From: an uncultured Thermoplasmata archaeon
GTDB taxonomy: Archaea > Thermoplasmatota > Thermoplasmata > Halarchaeoplasmatales > Halarchaeoplasmataceae
NCBI GenBank assembly: GCA_964454575.1
Contig: CAYVTG010000004.1
Span: forward strand, 1-43,190
Direction of reading: 5' to 3'
Length of the DNA stretch: 43,190 nt
Each line of letters starts with the position of its first letter. Within the stretch, counting starts at the first letter, position 1. The notes under the pieces were generated by a model. It searched no databases, was not told the DNA's origin, and saw only the letters and a program-made list of their open reading frames with translations. A program made the translations under genes and the position numbers. Positions 1 through 11,010 of the stretch are shown piece by piece.

Positions 1-190
1 TACACGAAAAAGTAACAACGGCATAGAACAATAAACCGAACAACAACACATCCAAAACTAAGATGTCGGAAAGTGTATGTGCGGCGAAGAGCGGACCCAA
101 CAGCACGGTAGCCAGAGAGACCAGTTGGATCTTCCATCTGCTAACACGTAAAAAACATCTGATACCTTCTAAGGTATTGTTCTTATTCAT
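1..190 (-). CDS. Membrane protein, probably UbiA-family prenyltransferase (5' part; runs off window)
   Basis: Manual translation from ATG at 190: MNKNNTLEGIRCFLRVSRWKIQLVSLATVLLGPLFAAHTLSDILVLDVLLFGLLFYAVVTFSC, open to the window edge. The 'LRxSR' followed by two hydrophobic helices resembles UbiA N-termini. It lies directly downstream of DUF116. Confidence 0.5.
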   Translation of the reverse strand, partial: MNKNNTLEGIRCFLRVSRWKIQLVSLATVLLGPLFAAHTLSDILVLDVLLFGLLFYAVVTFSC

Positions 191-206
191 AACTCTCAAC
201 AGTCCT

Positions 207-767
207 TTACTGCTTGTTCAGTATCTCTATAACTTTATCGATGCTAACTTTGGTATCTACGCAGCCGTCCTTCAGTAGATGTATACCTTGAGGTATAGTC
301 CCCATCAGTGCAACTTGGTCCATTGTCTCAACCAGTTCCAGATAACAGGCCACGCCTACCACCGCAGCCGGTCTTTCTCTCTTGATTATCTTCTTCACCA
401 GACTCGCCCCGGGTACGATGTAAACTCCCTTGTAACCCAACCTCTCCGCCTCTTCAACGATCTCACCGATAGAACACTTACCGCATTTTTTACATTCATA
501 TCCGTCCTCGGTAAGTTCCGCGACACATTCTTTTGAGTTCCTCAGGCATTGAGGCAAAAACACTAACCTGTTAGAACACGGAGTCCTCTTGAACTCTTTT
601 TCAAAGGCCATATTCTTTATTGCGGTGTAGACAACATCATATCCCTCGGGATCCATATCGAGCCTGGACAGGAAGGATTTGATGGCACTTCCCCGGGTAA
701 AATCCAATCCCGAGCTTGCGGCCTTTGAAATTATTTCCTTCATAGAACTAATTTTTCTTACTCGCAT
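207..767 (-). CDS. DUF116 family protein (Cys-rich)
   Basis: Motifs LPQCLR..C.A, C..CGKC.I, IVPG.S, GVAC..EL and GC.DT are characteristic of DUF116. Confidence 0.85.
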   Translation of the reverse strand: MRVRKISSMKEIISKAASSGLDFTRGSAIKSFLSRLDMDPEGYDVVYTAIKNMAFEKEFKRTPCSNRLVFLPQCLRNSKECVAELTEDGYECKKCGKCSIGEIVEEAERLGYKGVYIVPGASLVKKIIKRERPAAVVGVACYLELVETMDQVALMGTIPQGIHLLKDGCVDTKVSIDKVIEILNKQ

Positions 768-782
768 ATAAACCCTTTGCCT

Positions 783-1880
783 TTATTCGATGATTATCCT
801 CAAGGTGTCTCCTTCCCGTAGAACATGATCTAACCCTATCTGCTGCTGTGGAAACCTTGCCGAAGGCCCCCATATCCGTGCATATCTGAATTTATCTTTA
901 AAATCGCTGTGTAATTTAACACAGACGTCCTCCACTGTAGCTCCGTGTTTTACTATCAAAGGCTCGTCGTCTCCCTTTTCCCCCTGAGGTCTCAGATATA
1001 TACGCATGAAATTCAATGAATCGAAGATGCGATCTTTGAGTTCATCGAGACCACGACCGTCCAGTGCTGAAATATAGATGGGATCCCACTCTTCGATGGT
1101 TTTGGACAATTCATCCAGATCATCTTTGCTGAACAAGTCTTCTTTGTTGATCACCGCGAAGGCCGGCACATAAACCCTGTTACCTCTTAGATGGTCTATC
1201 AAACCGTCCACGTCTATATCATCCCGTATGATTATATTGGCGTTTATGTGCCCGAAGACCCTCATCACTTCTTTTATAACTCCGGAATCCAGGTCAGTCA
1301 GTTCAACTGTACTGGCAACGTCTATCCCGCCACGCTCCTTACGGGATATCATTATATCCGGACCACTTTTGTTGAGTCGTATACCCATGGCCTCCAGTTC
1401 GTCTGCTATGGTATCTATGTCCGGTCTATGCACATCGCATACCATTATTATAAGATCCACAACCCTTACAACAGATAGTACTTCCCTGCCCCTGCCCTTA
1501 CCACTGGCGGCTCCCTTGACAAGCCCGGGTAGATCGAGTATCTGTATCTCGGCACCGTTGTGATGCATTACCCCCGGGATCACATCGAGTGTGGTAAAGT
1601 GATATTCCGCAACTTCACTTTTAGCGTTGGTCAGTTGGTTTAGCAGCGTACTTTTACCAACACTGGGATACCCGACGAAACCGACGGTGGCATCCCCCTC
1701 TTTCTTTACACCATACCCGCCTCCGGATGAAGTTCCCTTACCTTGTTTTTCCTGCTGCTCCTTTAGTTGAGATAGTTTAGCCTTCAATTTACCTATATGA
1801 AACTGCGTAGCTTTGTTGTAGGGAGTCTTCCTTATCTCCTCTTCTATGTTCTCTATCTCTTCCGCTATATCTGGACTCAT
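783..1880 (-). CDS. drg: DRG/OBG-family GTPase with TGS domain
   Basis: N-terminal TPYNKAT..HIG.LKAKL; G1 GYPSVGKS, G2 YHFTTL, G3 DLPG, G4 NKED; C-terminal TGS domain. Start placed at MSPDIAEE. Confidence 0.93.
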   Translation of the reverse strand: MSPDIAEEIENIEEEIRKTPYNKATQFHIGKLKAKLSQLKEQQEKQGKGTSSGGGYGVKKEGDATVGFVGYPSVGKSTLLNQLTNAKSEVAEYHFTTLDVIPGVMHHNGAEIQILDLPGLVKGAASGKGRGREVLSVVRVVDLIIMVCDVHRPDIDTIADELEAMGIRLNKSGPDIMISRKERGGIDVASTVELTDLDSGVIKEVMRVFGHINANIIIRDDIDVDGLIDHLRGNRVYVPAFAVINKEDLFSKDDLDELSKTIEEWDPIYISALDGRGLDELKDRIFDSLNFMRIYLRPQGEKGDDEPLIVKHGATVEDVCVKLHSDFKDKFRYARIWGPSARFPQQQIGLDHVLREGDTLRIIIE

Positions 1881-1948
1881 CGTATTACAGGCCTTCATCC
1901 TGCTACGGCGGATAAAAACTTATCGCAGGAAAAAGCAGCCATAAGGAT

Positions 1949-1963
1949 GAAAAGAAATATATA
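1949..1963 (+). promoter_or_regulatory. BRE/TATA promoter of the 5S rRNA gene
   Basis: GAAAAGAAATATATA lies ~25 nt upstream of the 5S helix I strand. Confidence 0.6.
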
Positions 1964-1992
1964 CCCCCTCTTAGTAATGACCACTTGAGTAA

Positions 1993-2213
1993 TATGACGG
2001 CCAAAGCGGTGGGGACACACCTGGTCTCATCCCGAACCCAGAAGTTAAGCCCACCCGCGTTCTCTGCGTTACTATGGTGCGCGAGCCCATGGGAAGCCTA
2101 GGTCCCTTGCGGACCCCCGGGTCGTTGGCTTAGGTTAGAAGCCTAGCTCCCTACGGGGAGACAGGTAAATCTAACTGTTTGAAGGCCATTTTCGATCCCT
2201 GGCCCGCTGTCAA
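1993..2213 (+). rRNA. rrf: 5S rRNA with ~100-nt insertion (about 2098-2200); mature ends approximate
   Basis: Canonical 5S motifs ACGGCCAAAGC, CATCCCGAACCCAGAAGTTAAGCC and helix IV ATGG-TGCGCGAGC-CCAT GGGAA. Helix I TGACGGC (1995-2001) pairs with GCTGTCA (2206-2212) and is extended by TGAGTAAT/ATTACTCA (1986-1993/2213-2220). A T-run follows at 2227. Confidence 0.93.
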
Positions 2214-2284
2214 TTACTCACTCTACTTTTTATCGATCAATCGATAAGCTAAACTAAAGCTTTAAAAATATTATAACTATGCCT

Positions 2285-3517
2285 TCACTTTATTATCCCA
2301 TAACCGAGTAGATGCCACTTACCGGCTATCCTTCGGCTGATAGATATACGCTGACCCGGATTTGCACACACAGCTCTTTTTAAATTCACTTCGGCTTCGT
2401 TACCTCTTGCCGATGCTACTACACCGACGGTAGCGGCTGTACCCACGATCAACATCAACGGTTCTCTTGTCTTGATGTTCTCTATCTCTATGTCACCGTC
2501 GACACCGACTACACGGTTCAGCAGATGTACTTCCATGACGAATTTTTCGTGTACCGGCGGTAGTTCTCCAGGGTAACTCAGAACGTGTCCCGTAAGAGAA
2601 TCCGCTCTGGTTATCGTCGGATCCATATATGTACCCAATCCGATCAATCCACCGGGTTTCGCTTTTTCCAATGTAATATTACCGGATGTAAGGGACTTGA
2701 TCGTAGTGATGTACCGACCCCATTTTGTCTCGCCTCCGGTATCTTCTTTGTAACCCGGTGCGATCTCGACTTCGTCACCGACAGAAAGTATACCCTGACT
2801 CAGTGAGCCTCCTACGACGCCTCCTTTGAGGTTTTCGATGGAAGTACCTGGCTGGTTTATATCGAAGGACCTTGCTATGTGCATCAACGGCACCGCGTCT
2901 TCATCAAGTTCAGGAGTAGGTATATTTTCCTCGATGGCCTGTATCAATACGTCTACATTAACATCGTGGTGAGCGGAAACTGGTATTATGGGTGCATCTT
3001 CAGCGATGGTATCCTTCACGAATTCCTTTATCTCCATGAAATTTTCCTTCGCCCTCTCCGACGTTACCAGATCTACTTTGTTCTGAACGATTATTATGTT
3101 CTCAACACCTGATATCTCAAGACCCATAAGATGCTCTTGTGTCTGAGGCTGTGGGCACTTCTCGTTAGCGGCTATCAAAAGGATCGCGCCGTTCATCATG
3201 GATGCTCCGGAAAGCATGGTTGCCATGAGTGTCTCGTGTCCCGGTGAATCGACGAATGATACTGTTCTGAGTAATTCGGTCTCTCCACCGCAGTTGGTGC
3301 ATTTCTTTTGTGTGGAATATGCTTGGCTGCCTTCACACTTTGAACATCTGTAAAATGCAGTGTCGGCGTATCCCAATCTTATGCTGATACCCCTCTTTGT
3401 TTCCTCGGAATGTCTGTCAGTCCACTCTCCACTCAGTGCCTTGGTAAGTGTCGTCTTACCATGATCCACGTGGCCTACCAATCCTATATTTATCTCAGGT
3501 TGATAAGGAACCTTCAT
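2285..3517 (-). CDS. eif2g: Translation initiation factor aIF2 gamma subunit
   Basis: [27 protein letters not shown], zinc-knuckle cysteines, [18 protein letters not shown]. Confidence 0.97.
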   Translation of the reverse strand: MKVPYQPEINIGLVGHVDHGKTTLTKALSGEWTDRHSEETKRGISIRLGYADTAFYRCSKCEGSQAYSTQKKCTNCGGETELLRTVSFVDSPGHETLMATMLSGASMMNGAILLIAANEKCPQPQTQEHLMGLEISGVENIIIVQNKVDLVTSERAKENFMEIKEFVKDTIAEDAPIIPVSAHHDVNVDVLIQAIEENIPTPELDEDAVPLMHIARSFDINQPGTSIENLKGGVVGGSLSQGILSVGDEVEIAPGYKEDTGGETKWGRYITTIKSLTSGNITLEKAKPGGLIGLGTYMDPTITRADSLTGHVLSYPGELPPVHEKFVMEVHLLNRVVGVDGDIEIENIKTREPLMLIVGTAATVGVVASARGNEAEVNLKRAVCANPGQRISISRRIAGKWHLLGYGIIK

Positions 3518-3912
3518 TCACTTTCTCCCTCTTCCTTTCCTAGTAGTTCCGGGATATTTCCGGGACCGTACTCTATGATCTTCATGTTCAACTGTGATAT
3601 ATCTTGTGAAATAGTGTTTCCTCGGACCATCTTCTTACGCTTTGTTCTGTTGGGCGTTGGTCTGAAGCCGATGCCGGCTTGACCCAAGATCTTCTTCCTA
3701 CCGGGTCCGGGGATACCTTTCTTCATGGGCACTCCGTCCTTGTCACTCCCGCCCATGATCATTAACTTATAACCCGGGAGATTTACGAATATTCCATCTA
3801 TTTCATCACCCACTCTGAGACCGACTAGTCTTGCAAAGTGCGTTTTCTCTACCGCTGTCTGGTAGCTTTTCCCTTCTTTAGGGTCTCCGATTACAACCTG
3901 AAGTTCTGCCAT
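3514..3912 (-). CDS. rps6e: 30S ribosomal protein S6e
   Basis: [27 protein letters not shown]; overlaps the eif2g start (ATGA), a conserved archaeal pairing. Confidence 0.95.
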   Translation of the reverse strand: MAELQVVIGDPKEGKSYQTAVEKTHFARLVGLRVGDEIDGIFVNLPGYKLMIMGGSDKDGVPMKKGIPGPGRKKILGQAGIGFRPTPNRTKRKKMVRGNTISQDISQLNMKIIEYGPGNIPELLGKEEGESE

Positions 3913-3995
3913 TTGAATACACCTTTATGCTATGATGAAGTGGATTAGAGCTACTAATATAAAACTTTGGTGTATCATCCACCCATAAATCAACT

Positions 3996-6410
3996 CTATC
4001 CCATCTGCTTGACTTTAGATACACCGTCATTCTTTTGCACTAAATATTCAACGTCAGCCAGATTGACTATCTCGTTTTCATGTGATACTATGACTATCTG
4101 ATCCGCAGTCACCTTTTCCATAACATCCTTCAAACGTGTCAACTGCTCACGGCTGAAGCCTGTGGTGGGCTCGTCCAGTACCAACAGATTGCTGTTCAGC
4201 CCCAACTCTTTTTTGATCATTGTATTGAACGCCAGCCGGTAAGCCAAGGCTACCGAAGTCCTTTCGCCGCCGCTTATATCGTCCACGGACGTAACATTGT
4301 TGTGAACGGTGATCGCCGGCGCAAAGTTTTCGTCTAGTGTGGCGTTTATATCCGGGTCATCCAGTATCTCGTCGAACCACACACGGAAGTAGGATTCAAA
4401 ATCAGTGTTCAACTGAGCCATCCGATGCTCCTCTATGGCTCGGATACATTCCTTGAAATCGTTGTTGAGCCAAGTTTTCAGATAATCAAGCTCTGCGGCA
4501 CATTTCTTAGATTCCTTCATATCCTTCAATCTATCTTCCAGTGTCTTTATCTCACTTTTTAATCGCTCTATATTTTTACCATGCGAGTTGATTTTTTCCT
4601 TGAGCATACTGGTCTCCCTTATCAGCTCTTCATGTTCTTTCTTGATCTCTCGGTAATCCTCTTCGGAGAACTGTTCATCCAGTTTTTCTAGTTTCGAGCG
4701 TATACTTTTCAGCATATCTTCTGTTTCCTTGAGCTTACCTTCCTTGTCCTTCTTCTTCCTCAGAAGTTCATCTTTCCGAGCGATCTTTTCTTTTAACAAT
4801 ATCTTCCTATCCCTGTACTTACGCAGCTCTTCGCGGTGCTTCACAAGTTCATTCAACTCTTCTTTGGTATGCTCAAACTTATCTATATTATCTTGAAATT
4901 CTTTCATCTTCTTCTCTGCCGACTCTACACTCTTTTCCATATCCGGTAGTTTTGCGAACTCTTTGGACAACCTTTCCATGTCCTTTTTTCTATAGCCGAG
5001 TTTTCTTTCGAGGTTCTTTTTTTCTTCCACGGTTTTACGTATAGTGTTTAGCTCTTTTTCCTTTTCCTCCAACGAGTCGTTTAAGTCAGACAATCTCCCC
5101 TCTACTTCTTCCTTGGATCTCCGCAGTTCATCCAGCATATTCTCTACGTGCTCTTCACTTAAAGATTGCCTGCACTTGGGACATTCTCCTTCACCTTCCA
5201 AACCAGCCATATCTTTGATCTCTTTATCCAAAGAACGTTTCTCCTTTTCGGCGGATTTGATATCCCCCTTCAGGTCAGTTATATCTGCCTGGATCATCTC
5301 CTTCTTATCTGTTAGTTTATCCAGATCACTAGTCTCTTCCTTCAGCGCTTCTATCTCTTCTTTGATCTCTTCCAGCCTTTTTCCTTGTTCTTGTAACTCC
5401 TCCAACTTTTCGGTAGAGTTCTTATGTTCCAAAGACAGTCTTTCCAGCTTTCTTTCCAAGGCAGTCCGTTCTTCGATCTCCTCTCTTACCTTCTCGACCT
5501 CTTTGCTTATCTTCTCGAATTCTTCAACGTACTTTCGTATCTTACCCAACTCTGCCTCCCCTTCCTTTATCTCTTCGAGCATTTTTTCCAGGTCATCTAT
5601 GCTCTCTTTCAGCGATCCGGCCAAGCTCTTGTGTCGCTCCGATCCCGAGAGCGCCTTCTGCTTTTCATCTTTTAATTCCTCCGCTTCCTTGACCTTAACA
5701 GTGGTAGTCTCCAGTGATCCTTTTTTTTCCTTCAAGTCCTTATCTAATTCCTGCTTATCTTCCACGGTTTTTACAAGCTCGTTCTTCTTTACTTCCAATC
5801 TCTCCTGCTCTTCCTCCATCCTCTCCGCTCTTGTAACCAACGTTAGTATCTCGTTTTCCAGTCCTCGCTTCACTACGGATACGTTATCCAGCGCCCTCTT
5901 GTATTCCTCAACATTGAATATCTTCCGTACCGCCTGCAGCCGCTCTTCATCCCTCATGGACAGTATGTTGTTCATCTGTTCCTGCGGAGTGAAAATGCTC
6001 ATGTGGAATGTCTCCACTTTACCTCTGCTCTTTTCTCGCAGTTTAAGAAGCTCAAGTATCTTCTCCCTCATCTCCTCAGGACTCAATTCGGTGATGACTC
6101 CGTCGCATGCCAGATGTGACTTATCTGGTTTCATACCGTTACTGGTCCTCTTTATACTCCTGTAAGCGGTGTAATCCGTATCATCAACGTTGAAAACTAA
6201 CTTCACACTGGCACTGTCCGAATTGTGTCGGGTTATCTTGTCGTAGAATCCCTGGTTGATGGCACCGAAGAGTACGAACTCCAGCCCCAACAGGATGGAC
6301 GATTTACCGGAGCCGATATCTCCCTGAAACAGCAGTATGCCTGGTTTGAAGTCTATGGATTCCTTTACATAACTACGTATATTCTCCAACTCCATATGCT
6401 TGAGCATCAT
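3996..6410 (-). CDS. rad50: Rad50 ATPase
   Basis: Walker A GDIGSGKSS, long coiled coil with central CPKC zinc hook, signature ISGGE, Walker B LVLDEPT, H-loop VSH. Confidence 0.95.
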   Translation of the reverse strand: MMLKHMELENIRSYVKESIDFKPGILLFQGDIGSGKSSILLGLEFVLFGAINQGFYDKITRHNSDSASVKLVFNVDDTDYTAYRSIKRTSNGMKPDKSHLACDGVITELSPEEMREKILELLKLREKSRGKVETFHMSIFTPQEQMNNILSMRDEERLQAVRKIFNVEEYKRALDNVSVVKRGLENEILTLVTRAERMEEEQERLEVKKNELVKTVEDKQELDKDLKEKKGSLETTTVKVKEAEELKDEKQKALSGSERHKSLAGSLKESIDDLEKMLEEIKEGEAELGKIRKYVEEFEKISKEVEKVREEIEERTALERKLERLSLEHKNSTEKLEELQEQGKRLEEIKEEIEALKEETSDLDKLTDKKEMIQADITDLKGDIKSAEKEKRSLDKEIKDMAGLEGEGECPKCRQSLSEEHVENMLDELRRSKEEVEGRLSDLNDSLEEKEKELNTIRKTVEEKKNLERKLGYRKKDMERLSKEFAKLPDMEKSVESAEKKMKEFQDNIDKFEHTKEELNELVKHREELRKYRDRKILLKEKIARKDELLRKKKDKEGKLKETEDMLKSIRSKLEKLDEQFSEEDYREIKKEHEELIRETSMLKEKINSHGKNIERLKSEIKTLEDRLKDMKESKKCAAELDYLKTWLNNDFKECIRAIEEHRMAQLNTDFESYFRVWFDEILDDPDINATLDENFAPAITVHNNVTSVDDISGGERTSVALAYRLAFNTMIKKELGLNSNLLVLDEPTTGFSREQLTRLKDVMEKVTADQIVIVSHENEIVNLADVEYLVQKNDGVSKVKQMG

Positions 6411-7657
6411 CGAGAACCACCTCCAAAATCGATCAGTGACACTTGCCCACCTTTTTCACCACTCTTTTTTTCCTTCGGTGCTTCGATATCGTTTATCAAA
6501 GTCCACGCGTTGCTCCATAATCGTTTTTCGTAGTCGTCCTTTCTTTCACCGTCCGCCTGCTCTACCTTCAATATATCCAGCAGCTCTCCGGCAAAGCCGA
6601 CATCGATACCTTCCGGAGTACCATATTCTTCGAGTAAACCTTCCTCTATCTTTTCGGTGCTCTCTTCGTTGATCTTGATCCTTTCCAGATTCTTCGCCGT
6701 CAGCTGCCGGTTGTTTAACAATACCGTCCCTGCTCCGTTTTCCTCCAATCTTTCCCGTACAGCACTGAAGTCTATATTGTTCGGCTCTCCTTCGGTGAGC
6801 TCACCGTGTATCTTTAGCAAGAATATATCACTATCTATCGGTCCCTCGCTGAGCTCTAGCAGAACCTCATCGAGCTCGCTTGCCTTCATCCCGTCGGCAT
6901 CTATATCCTTCCGCTGGATACTGCATACGTCTAGCTGTACGTATTCCGGAACCCAGTCGTCGACGATAAAGAATCCCCTGTGTTCCTCTTTTTCCAGGTC
7001 CGTATATGAAGAACCGAATGTCGCCCCGGGATAAGTCACGTGGACACCATCTTTATCATGCTCCAACCGTCGGTGTATATGCCCGCCGGCATAGTATCTG
7101 TATCCTTCCGGTAGTACGGAAATAGGCACAGTAGCAGATTCGTGGATATCGGCGGGCTTCATCTCGGCAACCGGCGTATGGAACACAAATATAGCATCTC
7201 CTTCCGGCTCTTGGAAATCCAGCTCTCGATAGTAACTGGCATCCATACGATTCTTCCTGCCGCTCAACCCGGCTATGTATATACCGGAGGAATCCTTCAC
7301 ATGTTCCAGAGAGCCCTCCTCGTGGAGATATTGTACCACCTTTTTGAATACCTCCGCGCTCTCTAGTACATCGATCAAAGAGGCCTTGGCGATGTTGAAA
7401 TCGTGTGAGCCGTAGACCGCGTAGATTCTGATACCCTGGTTCCTGGCATCTATCATGGCCTTTACGGCCCGGTTAACAACGTCCATATCCGGGTGTGGAT
7501 TGTGGAATAAGTCTCCGGCGATGATGATCAATTCTACTTCCCTATCGATGCATATCCGTATGGCCTCTTCGAAGGCCTTCAGATTGTATTCTCTCAATTC
7601 AGGACTGCGCCCGAAAGCACCTAGATGACAGTCTGCCATATGTGCGAACTTTACCAT
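6407..7657 (-). CDS. mre11: Mre11 nuclease
   Basis: Phosphoesterase motifs ADCHLG, AGDLFH, GSHD, FHT, GGHIH; overlaps the rad50 start. Confidence 0.95.
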   Translation of the reverse strand: MVKFAHMADCHLGAFGRSPELREYNLKAFEEAIRICIDREVELIIIAGDLFHNPHPDMDVVNRAVKAMIDARNQGIRIYAVYGSHDFNIAKASLIDVLESAEVFKKVVQYLHEEGSLEHVKDSSGIYIAGLSGRKNRMDASYYRELDFQEPEGDAIFVFHTPVAEMKPADIHESATVPISVLPEGYRYYAGGHIHRRLEHDKDGVHVTYPGATFGSSYTDLEKEEHRGFFIVDDWVPEYVQLDVCSIQRKDIDADGMKASELDEVLLELSEGPIDSDIFLLKIHGELTEGEPNNIDFSAVRERLEENGAGTVLLNNRQLTAKNLERIKINEESTEKIEEGLLEEYGTPEGIDVGFAGELLDILKVEQADGERKDDYEKRLWSNAWTLINDIEAPKEKKSGEKGGQVSLIDFGGGSR

Positions 7658-7661
7658 ATCT

Positions 7662-9161
7662 TCACCCTATGAACTCCAGCTTTCTTTTCTTGATACCTTC
7701 TCGTTTCACAACATCATCGAATAGGTCGATCTTTATAGGCACTGCGAACTTGGTGAATATACTGCTGACGATGGCTTCTCCCTTGTCCAGACTCGCGATG
7801 TTCTTACCATCTTTGGAAAGATCCTGTGCAGCACTGCCGATGATCGCCTCTCTTTCGCTCTTCATCTCGTTTCCCAAGATGATCTTAGTGTTCATGTTGG
7901 CCAGTATCTCCCGGGGTATCATGCTGGAGAGCTGAGTTATTGCGATCAGACCGACCCTGAACTTTCTTCCTTCCCTGGCTATCGTATGGAAAACGTTCCT
8001 ACCGCCCCGGTCACCCAGCACCCTTGGAGCTTCTTCGATGACCACGCTGATGGTGGGCTTGTCGTCCAACTCACCGTGTTCTTTGTATTTCTTGTACCTC
8101 CTGAATATCTCGTCTGTAATCATCCCGGCGATGAGTAATTCCTTGTCACCGGACATGGAGCTGGTATCCAGTATCACCTTTTTACCGCTCTCCATGGCAT
8201 CGGCTATATCTCGTATCAGATCGTTTGTCGTCTGGGTAACGAATATATTTCCCCTTGCCCTCACCTCTCCACCATCTGTATGGATATCCAGAGACAACCG
8301 CAGTTTACGCTGTATGACTTCCAGCGTTATACTCTGTATCCCGAAGTTGTCTCCCTGTGGATCCGCGGTCAATATGGCTTCCAACCAGTTACTTCCGTGA
8401 TGATTGTAGAATACATACATGGCCTGGCTCTGAGCCTCAGTAACATCTATTATCCCTCGTAGATTCCACGGTCTGAGCAGCGTGATATTGACCCTGAGGC
8501 TGTATCCACCTTTAGGCGGATTAGGTGAATAGTACAGTACCTTATCTACCGCATCGGGATGGTCCTTTATACCAGGCTCGTTGCGCCCGAAGTATTCGTC
8601 GTGTGGATCTATAACTAGTATCCCGCACCATTCCCTGAGAACCATATCCCAAAGCATAACCTTGACCAGGTTACTCTTACCGCGTCCGGTGGTAGCCGGT
8701 ATCAAAATATGGTGAGAAAGTGCGTCTCTGCCGTTTATATTCACGGGAACGTCGAGAACCGCACTTCCACTCCGAACACGGCCCAGATAAAGACTGTTAG
8801 CCGGTTTCTCCATGAATTCAAAATCGTCGTTATCTGCCCTGTTCACGGTACCGAAAAATCCCGGCAGTGTCTTTGGTATCTTCGGTACTCCGTCCTTCAC
8901 GTGCACAAGAGGCTTCGCCTTAGCCGTCACAAAATTCCTTATCTCCTCCTCCATAAGCGCCGTTTCTTCGTAGCCTTCCAATTGCATACCGCTCATCCTT
9001 GCCAGATCCGTTGCTTCCAGCAGAGTCCCGTAGGCAAGGTCGTAAACCTGCAGTATTATATCGTCTATCGATAACAGATCACCGATCTCTATTATCTGAC
9101 CGCTTTTCTGTCTAACGACGAGCTCGCCGTATTCTCCGCCTATTATCTGTCCTAAAACCAT
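7662..9161 (-). CDS. herA: HerA helicase/translocase
   Basis: N-terminal HAS barrel, Walker [28 protein letters not shown]. Confidence 0.92.
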   Translation of the reverse strand: MVLGQIIGGEYGELVVRQKSGQIIEIGDLLSIDDIILQVYDLAYGTLLEATDLARMSGMQLEGYEETALMEEEIRNFVTAKAKPLVHVKDGVPKIPKTLPGFFGTVNRADNDDFEFMEKPANSLYLGRVRSGSAVLDVPVNINGRDALSHHILIPATTGRGKSNLVKVMLWDMVLREWCGILVIDPHDEYFGRNEPGIKDHPDAVDKVLYYSPNPPKGGYSLRVNITLLRPWNLRGIIDVTEAQSQAMYVFYNHHGSNWLEAILTADPQGDNFGIQSITLEVIQRKLRLSLDIHTDGGEVRARGNIFVTQTTNDLIRDIADAMESGKKVILDTSSMSGDKELLIAGMITDEIFRRYKKYKEHGELDDKPTISVVIEEAPRVLGDRGGRNVFHTIAREGRKFRVGLIAITQLSSMIPREILANMNTKIILGNEMKSEREAIIGSAAQDLSKDGKNIASLDKGEAIVSSIFTKFAVPIKIDLFDDVVKREGIKKRKLEFIG

Positions 9162-9171
9162 CTTTCTTCAC

Positions 9172-10188
9172 CTAAATATTGCTCAATATATCATGGGCAT
9201 TCATGGAGTTTATCCTGTAGCGCATCGAGCGTCCCATGGCGCCCATGCCTACCGTTTTAAGATATTCTACTTCTTCGTCCGTTACTCTAGCTCTTTTATC
9301 CGCGTCAACGAGACCGTACGGATATCCCAGGAATATTGGATCCCTTGCCTGGAGCGCCAATTCGGCCAATGCCTCTGCGGCGAATCCCTGCTCTCTGTAA
9401 AACTCCGTGCGGAAAACATAATCTGAATCAGGATGATACTTTACCACATACATCTCGCCCTTGTGGTCAGGATGCTTGTTCTCTGCGATAGGATGATAGT
9501 ACCATCTGCCGCTCTCTCTTTCATCTGCCATCATCCTGATGGCCGCAAGCAGCGGATATCCTTTCGTGGTCATCAAGGAACTCGTCTTCGCCAAACCGAC
9601 CATACACACACCTTTCTCCATACAAGCACGGTATACGTCGTCTGCATAGTGCCTTTCTTCCTCTACACTCGTTTGGAGCACTCCGTCCTTCACCAGTATG
9701 TCCCCATCCACCAGATATTCTTCGGTTGCATACTTCATCACCAGCCATTCCAGATATCTTCGTACAGTATGGCCGGCGTTCTTCATACCTCCTCCGTTGA
9801 CATCATCGGCGTTGAGTACAAATTTAAGCTCTTTCAAAGGGATAGACGAATTGATGGGAAATAACTCAGAATGTATCTTATCATCCACCGGCTTAGACAC
9901 CAGATACGCGCTCAGCGGCTCTATGTTCCTCACCCTTTTAGTTCCCTTGAAGAGGTTGAAATACACCCGCAGCAGATGAATACTCTCCGAGGGCGACTCG
10001 AATATAGTGTTGTTGCCTCCGTCCACACTGCACACGACCCGCTCCCCGCCGGCAAGCTCAAAGTCGACAAAATTATCAACAGACAAAGCTACCGTCTCGT
10101 AATATTGTGATTGTTTGAAGTACGGACTGCCCCATTCTCCCGGAGTATAGTCCATCTTTCTCAGCAGGCGCAGTAATTCCTGGATCAT
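9172..10188 (-). CDS. nurA: NurA 5'-3' nuclease
   Basis: VDGG, LVKDG.L, GLAKTS, GYPYGLVDAD..ARV; first gene of the herA-mre11-rad50 operon. Confidence 0.88.
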   Translation of the reverse strand: MIQELLRLLRKMDYTPGEWGSPYFKQSQYYETVALSVDNFVDFELAGGERVVCSVDGGNNTIFESPSESIHLLRVYFNLFKGTKRVRNIEPLSAYLVSKPVDDKIHSELFPINSSIPLKELKFVLNADDVNGGGMKNAGHTVRRYLEWLVMKYATEEYLVDGDILVKDGVLQTSVEEERHYADDVYRACMEKGVCMVGLAKTSSLMTTKGYPLLAAIRMMADERESGRWYYHPIAENKHPDHKGEMYVVKYHPDSDYVFRTEFYREQGFAAEALAELALQARDPIFLGYPYGLVDADKRARVTDEEVEYLKTVGMGAMGRSMRYRINSMNAHDILSNI

Positions 10189-10324
10189 TATACCTATGGT
10201 ATAACCTATGCATACTTAAAGGTTCACGGTGGGGGTGGAGTGAAAGTGAGAATACACAAATTTTAAATTGGTTAGAATCTATGTATTTTTTAAACAAATA
10301 TCGGTGGATAAGTTGAATAAAAAG

Positions 10325-10609
10325 ATGAAAAAGATCGAAGAGATCATCGAAAGTCACAAGCCTATACTCAAAAAAAGGTACAAGGTTAAGGAGATCGGAC
10401 TTTTCGGTTCATATGTTCGCGGAGAAGAACTTGAGGGTAGCGACCTTGATATCTTGGTCGAATTCGATGATACTATAAGTCTTTTTGAATTTGTAGAGCT
10501 GGAGAGTTATTTGGAAGAGATATTGGACATTAAGGTAGATCTGGTCATGGAAAGTGCCTTGAAGCCGAGGATCGGAAGATATATCAAAAAGGAAGTTGTT
10601 TACGTATGA
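10325..10609 (+). CDS. Minimal nucleotidyltransferase (MntA-type antitoxin)
   Basis: GSYVRGEELEGSDLDILV matches GSx10DxD; VDLV motif; ATG at 10325. Confidence 0.92.
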   Translation: MKKIEEIIESHKPILKKRYKVKEIGLFGSYVRGEELEGSDLDILVEFDDTISLFEFVELESYLEEILDIKVDLVMESALKPRIGRYIKKEVVYV

Positions 10610-10953
10610 GTAGAGATTACGGAGATTACCTAGAGGATATTTTGTACTCGATAGATGCTATAGAAGAATTCACATATGGACTAGATTTAGAAGACTTTTT
10701 AGAAGACAAAAAAACTGTTTTTGCGGTTGTTCGCTCCTTTGAGATAATAGGCGAAGCAACTAAAAACATTCCTTTTGATATCAGAGAAAAATATCCTTAC
10801 GTTCCATGGAAAAATATGGCTGGAATGAGGGATGTGGTAATACATGGATATTTTGGTGTGGATAACGCAGTTATCTGGAAAACGTTAAAAGAAGATATAC
10901 CCGGTTTGAAAGGAAAAATCAAAAGAATCCTTGATGATCTCGACACAGGTTAG
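10606..10953 (+). CDS. HEPN/DUF86 ribonuclease toxin (HepT-type)
   Basis: EIIGEA and RDVVIHGY (Rx4HxY); ATGA overlap with the MNT gene. Confidence 0.92.
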   Translation: MSRDYGDYLEDILYSIDAIEEFTYGLDLEDFLEDKKTVFAVVRSFEIIGEATKNIPFDIREKYPYVPWKNMAGMRDVVIHGYFGVDNAVIWKTLKEDIPGLKGKIKRILDDLDTG

Positions 10954-11010
10954 TCAAAGTTTGACGAACAGTCATCTTGTATAAAGGTATAATATAATTG
11001 AAACTATAAT

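Noticed and set aside
5044-6165. 373-aa plus-strand ORF
   Set aside because: Ser/Leu/Phe-rich antisense shadow of the Lys/Glu-rich Rad50 coiled coil.
10187-10994. ATTATACCT/AGGTATAAT inverted pair flanking the MNT-HEPN locus as transposon ends
   Set aside because: Only 9 bp in AT-rich DNA, with no transposase or target duplication.
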